Part shown: in pieces, positions 58,464 through 64,000 of the stretch | Numbering within the stretch: position 1 is the first letter of the stretch | Layout of the letters: every line of letters begins with the position of its first letter | Source of the DNA: an uncultured Planctomycetia bacterium | GTDB taxonomy: Bacteria; Omnitrophota; Gorgyraeia; VGKH01; JBHPFN01 | NCBI GenBank assembly: GCA_964406665.1 | Contig: CAYOSQ010000003.1 | Span: 102,641-166,640 of the forward strand | Length of the DNA: 64,000 nucleotides | Direction of reading: 5' to 3' | Position numbers and translations under genes: made by a program | Notes under the pieces: model-generated | Database searches by the model: none | Seen by the model: the letters and a program-made list of their open reading frames with translations, nothing else | What the model was told of the DNA's origin: nothing

Positions 58464-58528
58464 ATTTTAGCAAAAATGAACAAGAATAGTCAATGGACAA
58501 ATTTGCTTTTAATTTGTACTTTTTTGCT
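58464..58528 (-). promoter_or_regulatory. Promoter with tandem AraC-type half-sites
   Basis: Minus strand AGCAAAAAAGTACA and AGCAAATTTGTCCA at 21-bp spacing, abutting TTGACT-18-(TGc)TAAAAT. Confidence 0.65.
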
Positions 58529-58953
58529 CAAGGGGGGATAGTTTCTAGTGGCTTGGAGAAGCAAAGACCTAATTCATAAGAAGAGAGTACCTTGTTCCAT
58601 TTTGACCAAACAACATGCGCATTCATTGTTTCATTTTGATTTTGTGATTTAATAGCGAGAGGCGTTCCCGGTGTAAGTGGCCTACTGCGGAAAGTATGTT
58701 TGTGATTATTTTGATGGTTGTTACCGTTACGCAAAGAGCATGAATCATTGAAGAACCAAAAGCGGCATTTGCTGCACTGTTGGCATTGCCATCCCTTTGG
58801 CCAAAGTATCATCATCCCACCTTGGCTTAAGTTGCGCGTGGTAACGGGGACATCGTTAGGGATCTTTTTCTTTCTTGGTGTTATCAAGTTGGCAGAGAGG
58901 TTTACTTTTCTTGTCAGACGTTTAAATTCTCTTCTCTCGATTTTAGGCTTCAT
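58528..58953 (-). CDS. PilZ domain protein with Cys-rich insertion
   Basis: ERREFKR, NLSQGG, CQQCSKC...C insert, VVW...GLCF. Confidence 0.75.
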   Translation of the reverse strand: MKPKIERREFKRLTRKVNLSANLITPRKKKIPNDVPVTTRNLSQGGMMILWPKGWQCQQCSKCRFWFFNDSCSLRNGNNHQNNHKHTFRSRPLTPGTPLAIKSQNQNETMNAHVVWSKWNKVLSSYELGLCFSKPLETIPP

Positions 58954-58957
58954 AACT

Positions 58958-59758
58958 TTACATCAAATCTTTTTTGTTTTTTAAATAATCAAAGAATGAA
59001 TTAGCATTCTTTTTTGAAATACAGTGTTTTTGTCTAAAATGTGTAGGTGAAATCTTCAACTTCTTTTTAAATACCCTAGAGAAGTATGCTGGGTCTTGAT
59101 ATCCGGTTGCACTGGCAATTTGAGCAATGCTAAGTTTTAGATTCTTAAGCAGCCGAATACTTTTTTCCAAGCGAATTCTGGTTAAGTAATCCTTGAAATT
59201 TTCCTTAGCATATTTTTTGAGCAAGTGGCTTAAGTAATGATATCCGATATTATTCTCTTGAGCCACCTCTTTAAGTGTAAGCGAGCTTTGATAATAGTGG
59301 TTTTGAATATAAAGAATAGATCTTTTCAGTATCTCTTGCGAATGGGTAAGGCCGCTTGGTGAAAAATCTAAGTGAGTGATGGGCAAATCAAGGTGGGAGA
59401 GAGCATTGGTAAATTCATATATGTGATTAGAAATCTCAGAGAACGACTTTTTTAACTGTGTTTTGTTGTCTTTTATTTTAATAAAAAGTAGTCGTGCAAG
59501 TTTATTATTATAATATATAGGAATAAAAACGATTCTTTGCTTGATTGGGCAAGGGTAAATATGAAATTTTCCATTGTTGCCTATTTCGCAGGGAGTGATT
59601 GCGCACTGCAATTTATTTAAACGGCATTTTTTTAGGCAGGGGAGCTTTTTCGAGCTTGTTGGATTAGCAATATCAAGAAATTTAACTTCAAACCCGCTAC
59701 ACTCTTGAAAAGATTGTTTCCAACTATTAATTAAAGCGAGGGGGGCAACGTGTTTCAT
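58958..59758 (-). CDS. AraC family transcriptional regulator with PocR-like sensor
   Basis: C-terminal LKEVA...YLSHL...IA..TGY.DP.YFSRVFKK...SP..FR; Cys-containing N-domain (IYPCP...FIPI). Confidence 0.88.
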   Translation of the reverse strand: MKHVAPLALINSWKQSFQECSGFEVKFLDIANPTSSKKLPCLKKCRLNKLQCAITPCEIGNNGKFHIYPCPIKQRIVFIPIYYNNKLARLLFIKIKDNKTQLKKSFSEISNHIYEFTNALSHLDLPITHLDFSPSGLTHSQEILKRSILYIQNHYYQSSLTLKEVAQENNIGYHYLSHLLKKYAKENFKDYLTRIRLEKSIRLLKNLKLSIAQIASATGYQDPAYFSRVFKKKLKISPTHFRQKHCISKKNANSFFDYLKNKKDLM

Positions 59759-59992
59759 CGGTAAATTATTATTATACTCAGGCAGAAAAAAATACAAGCT
59801 AAAATTTTAGGTGCTTCCCAGACTAGATGGTCAAAATAAGAAGGGTAAAGATGCCTAGTTTTCTTTTCTATGGTATAATCGCCCACGTAAATATTGCTTC
59901 ACTTTATCTTTATTTATTCTATAATAAATGTGTTGCTGATTTGAAAGATTTGAAATGGTATCCTTAGGCTTACATATTAAAAAAGGAAAGAA

Positions 59993-60613
59993 ATGAAAAA
60001 GAAAGTAACAGGGTTGATGATAGTTTTGTTATGTTTGGCTTTTGCAGCACCTCTATTTGCTAATGAGCCGACATCAATTTCTATTATAGAGTTGATTTCA
60101 AACCCTGAAAAACATCACGGTAAGTTTATAAGGATTCTTGGTTATGTAGAGCTAGAATTTGAAGGTACGGCAATATATTTGTCAAAAGAAGGCGCTAATA
60201 AAAATCTAAATAAAAATGGCTTATGGCTTACGTTATCTTACTTTCCAGATTATAAAGATCTTGATGGGAAATTATGCTTAATTGAAGGAATTTTTAATTC
60301 AAAACATAAAGGACATTTTGGTCTCTGGAGCGGTTCCGTTGAAGATATTACTAGATTCGAACTTTGGGAGGAGCAGCCCAGCGGTGCTGAAAATGATCCA
60401 GGGTATTACGACGATCTAGCTCAGGTCTGCAGAGATAAACAAAGTGTAAGTTGCTGTATGGCGTCAGTAAACAGAATGAAAGAAGATGGCCTCAAACTTG
60501 CGTCTGAAGATGGTAGCTGTCCGGAAGGGTTTGTGCGAAATATGATGAGGTGCATTGATAGTTTTAGGTGGTGCCAGCCAGTAGAATCTAAAACTGGTTT
60601 TAAGAAGGATTAA
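59993..60613 (+). CDS. Hypothetical secreted protein
   Basis: Signal, LISNPEK.HGK.IR..GY...FEG.AIY, C-terminal 6-Cys domain. Confidence 0.7.
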   Translation: MKKKVTGLMIVLLCLAFAAPLFANEPTSISIIELISNPEKHHGKFIRILGYVELEFEGTAIYLSKEGANKNLNKNGLWLTLSYFPDYKDLDGKLCLIEGIFNSKHKGHFGLWSGSVEDITRFELWEEQPSGAENDPGYYDDLAQVCRDKQSVSCCMASVNRMKEDGLKLASEDGSCPEGFVRNMMRCIDSFRWCQPVESKTGFKKD

Positions 60614-60614
60614 A

Positions 60615-61103
60615 GTGAAAAAAATTAAATTATTTGCAAAGACAGTATTAGTAATAAATTTAGTAAATTTTTTCTGTACTTTTTCGTTTAGAATAAATAG
60701 TTTTGTGAGACAGTTTACAAGGTGGGTAGAAATGGGCCATAGTAATTATTTAGGTAAAGATCAATCTTTCTTCGGTCTCATTATCCAAGAGTTTCTTATG
60801 TATGCTCTTTGCGTACTTCCATTTATCATTATTATATTTCTTGTATCCGTAGCTACAATCAAGAATTTGGAGCGCTTCAGAGGTGTTAAAAAAGGAATTC
60901 TGCTAGGTTCTCTTATTGGTGGGGGATTTTCTTCTGTAATAATCGCCTTGTCTACAATCCCGCGCTTTTTTCATATAATGCATGATGGAACAGCCGAGTG
61001 GATGTTTTCATTGTTGACCGTATTTTGGCTTGGATATCCTTCAATTATCATAGGAATCGGCCTAGGTGCGTTGGTAGCTATAATAAGGAAAGATAAGACT
61101 TAG
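60615..61103 (+). CDS. Hypothetical membrane protein
   Basis: ~4 hydrophobic segments. Confidence 0.65.
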   Translation: MKKIKLFAKTVLVINLVNFFCTFSFRINSFVRQFTRWVEMGHSNYLGKDQSFFGLIIQEFLMYALCVLPFIIIIFLVSVATIKNLERFRGVKKGILLGSLIGGGFSSVIIALSTIPRFFHIMHDGTAEWMFSLLTVFWLGYPSIIIGIGLGALVAIIRKDKT

Positions 61104-61196
61104 CCCGCTGAAAGGCTTGCGAAAAAAACAATATGTTTCTAAGTAGTGCTGAGAGAATCGAAGTGCGGGCTAGCACCGAGAGTAACGAGGTGTACG
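61099..61196. repeat. Structured REP-like element, copy 1
   Basis: CTTAG-CCCGC-TGAAA...GCGGG-CTAG-CACCGAG-N5-CGAGGTGT. Confidence 0.6.
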
Positions 61197-61230
61197 CAAG
61201 AAATTAATTAGAGAGGCATAGAATCTTAAA

Positions 61231-61956
61231 ATGAAAATTTTAGGTTTGGCAGTTGGTTTATTAATTTTGGTTTGTGGTTGTGCTGATTCAAACGCAACCA
61301 AACATAGGTTCTCTTCAGATGAACCGATATTTTCTCGGGCTAGAAAAAACATGGTCGATACTCAGATAAAATCCCGCGAGGTTAAGGACAGACGGGTAAT
61401 TCGGGCAATGCTTAAGGTGAAAAGGCATATTTTTGTTCCGGCGCGTATTAGGAATTTTTCTTATGCTGATCGGCCGTTGCCCATTGGTGAAGACCAGACG
61501 ATTTCTCAACCCTATATTGTTGCTCTTATGAGCGAACTATTAAATTTAGAAGGCGATGAGAAAGTTTTAGAGATTGGAACCGGCTCTGGCTATCAAGCAG
61601 CTATATTAGGTGAATTGGCAGATGAAGTTTATACAATTGAGATTTTAGAGCCTTTAGCCATTCGAGCAGAAAGTACTTTAGAGTATTTAGGGTATAAAAA
61701 TATCACGGTTAAATTCGGTGATGGATATCTTGGCTGGCCAGAGCACGCACCTTTTGATGCGATTATTGTTACCTGTGCACCGCCAGAAATCCCCCAGCCT
61801 TTGATTGATCAGCTAGCCGAAGGTGGTAGAATGGTTATACCAGTTGGGGTACGCTGGCAGGAATTGAAGGTATTGGAAAAAGTTGATGGCCAGATAAAGA
61901 CTAGTAGCAGCATCCCAGTCAGATTTGTTCCTATGATAAAAAGCTTAGACCGTTGA
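61231..61956 (+). CDS. pcm: Protein-L-isoaspartate O-methyltransferase with lipoprotein-like N-terminus
   Basis: QTISQPYIVA, VLEIGTGSGYQAA, GDG..GWPE.APFD.I, VRFVPM; N-terminal LVCGC. Confidence 0.93.
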   Translation: MKILGLAVGLLILVCGCADSNATKHRFSSDEPIFSRARKNMVDTQIKSREVKDRRVIRAMLKVKRHIFVPARIRNFSYADRPLPIGEDQTISQPYIVALMSELLNLEGDEKVLEIGTGSGYQAAILGELADEVYTIEILEPLAIRAESTLEYLGYKNITVKFGDGYLGWPEHAPFDAIIVTCAPPEIPQPLIDQLAEGGRMVIPVGVRWQELKVLEKVDGQIKTSSSIPVRFVPMIKSLDR

Positions 61957-61991
61957 AAACGGTCTAGCACCGAGCTTCAGCGAGGTGTGCG
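61944..61991. repeat. Structured REP-like element, copy 2
   Basis: CTTAG-ACCGT-TGAAA-ACGGT-CTAG-CACCGAG-N6-CGAGGTGT. Confidence 0.65.
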
Positions 61992-62031
61992 GTTTGTGCC
62001 GATGGTTAGGGAAGATATTAAGAAGCAGTAG
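61987..62031 (+). pseudogene. Remnant alternative pcm 3' end
   Basis: Encodes VRFVPMVREDIKKQ*, in frame with pcm. Confidence 0.65.
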
Positions 62032-62054
62032 ATTTTTCTATTTAGCATAACAAA

Positions 62055-62096
62055 TTTACACTACATTCCTGTGTTTATGCTATAATGTAGTGTAAA
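62055..62096. promoter_or_regulatory. Palindromic operator overlapping extended -10
   Basis: TTTACACTACATT...AATGTAGTGTAAA 13-bp inverted repeat around TGcTATAAT. Confidence 0.8.
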
Positions 62097-62110
62097 AGGA
62101 ACATGCGGCC

Positions 62111-62413
62111 ATGAAAATATTAAAAGGAATCTTATCGGAAAGTAAAGAATACTACCTTAGATTAAAAAGGCAGATAGAAAGAAAGATTGCTGAACTTGCC
62201 AAAGGAAGTATTAAAGAAAGAAAAATCTCCGGTAGGAAGTATTACTATTTGCAAAGACGAGAAGGCAATAAGATTGTGCATAAATATCTGGGTAGATGCA
62301 AGCCCGAAGACCTTTCAAAGCAGATACGAAGAAGAAGAGAATTAAAAAATGAGCTAAAAAAAGTTAACGAAGCTTTAAAAATACTAAAGAGGTCTGAGGG
62401 AAGAAGGAAATGA
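62111..62413 (+). CDS. Small basic DNA-binding protein (DUF6788-like; putative antitoxin/regulator)
   Basis: KGSIKERKISGRKYYYLQRREGNKIVHKYLG, flanking coiled coils. Confidence 0.7.
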   Translation: MKILKGILSESKEYYLRLKRQIERKIAELAKGSIKERKISGRKYYYLQRREGNKIVHKYLGRCKPEDLSKQIRRRRELKNELKKVNEALKILKRSEGRRK

Positions 62414-63108
62414 TTAAAATTATTACGGACATTCTAAATGTCTTTGCTCAAAATAATCTTTTTGATGAGGGTGTTGAACTTATCGGAAGTTGGTGTTTTA
62501 AATTGTATCAAAAACATTTGGGAGCTAAGAATTTTCCTTTAAGAACTCAGGATATTGATTTTCTTATTCCCAGCCCTTATCTTGGAAGAGAGCATCCGGA
62601 TTTTGTGAATCAACTAGAGCAGCTAGGGTTCAATTACAATTTCAAGAGAGACGGATCGCTATATCTATGGAATGCGGAATTAAAAATAGAATTCATAACT
62701 CCAGAGAAGGGCTGTGGCGTGGATGGTTCTCTAAAAATCAAAAAGCTTGGACTAAATGCCATACCACTGCGATACGTCGGGTTATTGTTGGATAGCCCCA
62801 TTACTATTGTTGAAAATGGTATTAAGGTCAGACTTCCTAATCCTGCTCATTTTTGCCTACATAAGCTTATTATTGCCAGTCAGAGACGTAAAATTGATAA
62901 GAGTTTGAAAGATTTACAGCAAGCAATTTGTACTTCTGTAATTGTTAATAGCGAAGAAATTCAGAAAATATTTGAATCTTTACCGAAGAAGTGGCAAGGT
63001 GCTATTGTCCGGATGCTTGAAAAGGCTAAGGTGGCATTGCCGTTATTAATTGAAGATATAGAGAAGCTTGAACATACACTACAAAATGTCAAGAAAAAGA
63101 AGATGTAG
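62410..63108 (+). CDS. Nucleotidyltransferase-fold protein (GSU2403-like; putative toxin)
   Basis: LIGSW, RTQDIDF, IEF.TP, P.P..F..HKL.IA..R....K..KD..QA. Confidence 0.78.
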   Translation: MIKIITDILNVFAQNNLFDEGVELIGSWCFKLYQKHLGAKNFPLRTQDIDFLIPSPYLGREHPDFVNQLEQLGFNYNFKRDGSLYLWNAELKIEFITPEKGCGVDGSLKIKKLGLNAIPLRYVGLLLDSPITIVENGIKVRLPNPAHFCLHKLIIASQRRKIDKSLKDLQQAICTSVIVNSEEIQKIFESLPKKWQGAIVRMLEKAKVALPLLIEDIEKLEHTLQNVKKKKM

Positions 63109-63112
63109 TGTA
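63075..63112. repeat. Second copy of TACACTACA-N20-TGTAGTGTA palindrome
   Basis: Same arms and 20-nt spacer as 62057-62094. Confidence 0.85.
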
Positions 63113-63113
63113 A

Positions 63114-63178
63114 AGATAAAGACCAGTACCAGCATCCCTGTTAGGTTTGTTCCTATGGTGCAAAAGGAGTTAAAATGA
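63114..63178 (+). pseudogene. Diverged duplicate of pcm 3' end
   Basis: 39/44 nt identical to 61892-61935; encodes IKTSTSIPVRFVPMVQKELK*. Confidence 0.85.
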
Positions 63179-63537
63179 AAAAAATAATACTTGTTTTGGT
63201 TTGCTTGGGATTCGTTGGATGTGCGACGATTAGTTTTGCTCAAGATGCTGATGTTAAATTAATCACAAAAGATGATGCTATTCGTATTGCTAAAGAATTC
63301 TGGAGTAAACAAGGTTTAAAGATCTTGAGAATATCAGCACGTGAAGATAAAGGTGGATGGATGATTTATGCAGAAACCTTTATAGAAGAACAACCCAATA
63401 TTAAAGGTGAAATAATGGTAGGTGAGGTTATTTTGGCTCTAAGGCTTGACGAGAATGGAAATTGGATAAATGATGGACGCCAACTAAAAAAAAGTTTTAC
63501 TAATCGTGAATGGATGGTTTGGCAAGATGTGGAATAA
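63175..63537 (+). CDS. Hypothetical secreted protein
   Basis: AAGGAG SD, signal peptide, IT..DAI.IA..F motif. Confidence 0.7.
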   Translation: MKKIILVLVCLGFVGCATISFAQDADVKLITKDDAIRIAKEFWSKQGLKILRISAREDKGGWMIYAETFIEEQPNIKGEIMVGEVILALRLDENGNWINDGRQLKKSFTNREWMVWQDVE

Positions 63538-63546
63538 TAGGGGGTT

Positions 63547-63756
63547 ATGGAAATGAATAAAAAACAACTGAGAGTTATTATTGCCATGGGGATTTTAGAA
63601 ATTCTCATTTTTTATATTCAAACATTTCATGTCGCTTTATTGTGTGATAATTTCTTTCAATGCTATAGAGATATTTTACCTGGAGCAATAATAATCTTAG
63701 TTATCGGTAGCTTCTCAATCTATATCTTCAGAGACAGAAAGAATAAGGAGTCCTAA
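63547..63756 (+). CDS. Small 2-TM membrane protein
   Basis: NKKQL.VI, two hydrophobic helices. Confidence 0.6.
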   Translation: MEMNKKQLRVIIAMGILEILIFYIQTFHVALLCDNFFQCYRDILPGAIIILVIGSFSIYIFRDRKNKES

Positions 63757-63757
63757 A

Positions 63758-64000
63758 GTGAAAAAACTATTCATCATCTTTATGTGTGTGATGCAGCGAG
63801 GGAATAGATTATTTCCGAGTAGTACTGCCTATGCAAAGCAATGCAAAATAGCATTTGTTGTTTTGCTTTGCTCAGTGTTGGTTGGATATACGAGTTTTTG
63901 TTTTGCTCAAGATGCTGTAGATGAAGAAGAATATCTATATTCTGCATCGATTCGTGAGTTTGGTGAAATTACCGTAACTGGAAAATATAAACGGAAAGAG
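63758..64000 (+). CDS. Hypothetical secreted protein (partial, runs off window)
   Basis: GTG 63758 after AAGGAG; frame open to end; hydrophobic segment ending FAQDA. Confidence 0.55.
   Translation, partial: MKKLFIIFMCVMQRGNRLFPSSTAYAKQCKIAFVVLLCSVLVGYTSFCFAQDAVDEEEYLYSASIREFGEITVTGKYKRKE

Noticed and set aside
61954-62031. Selenocysteine or TGA readthrough extending Pcm
   Set aside because: In-frame continuation is better explained by repeat insertion plus duplicated 3' end; not a catalytic position and no recognisable SECIS

Overview
AT-rich bacterial chromosome segment from a diderm organism. The gene styles (TLTTYYP-type fibre protein, TMTC-like glycosyltransferase, many short secreted genes) suggest Ca. 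Omnitrophota or a related PVC lineage; this is inference only. From 1 to 33 kb it is mostly housekeeping: murA end, trpGDCF, trpBA, pgi, uppP, argS, recJ, rpmB, rsfS, plus a c-di-GMP-I riboswitch carrying an unusual ~70-nt multibranch insertion. From 33 to 41 kb and 49 to 54 kb are accessory secreted or membrane genes: a metalloprotease, an S74 fibre protein and a 50-Cys repeat protein. At 41.5-48.4 kb is a sulfate-assimilation/siroheme operon. It is preceded by an unannotated Cys/Met-rich leader peptide with complete 1:2, 2:3 and 3:4 attenuator pairings, and it contains a HemC lacking its C-terminal cofactor domain. The best candidate for a new system is at 54.4-59.8 kb on the minus strand: a divergent Fap-like functional amyloid secretion locus. 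It has two N/Q/S-rich ~37-aa-repeat subunits with Sec signal plus double-glycine-like leader, a C39 peptidase, an FN3-fused FapF-like barrel, an AraC and a PilZ regulator, and an AraC-type operator. At 61-63.2 kb, pcm is flanked by a small structured repeat and its 3' end occurs three times. These copies bracket a two-gene nucleotidyltransferase module that has the same palindrome at both ends. No rRNA, tRNA, CRISPR array or transposase was seen. All calls are by eye, without database searches.
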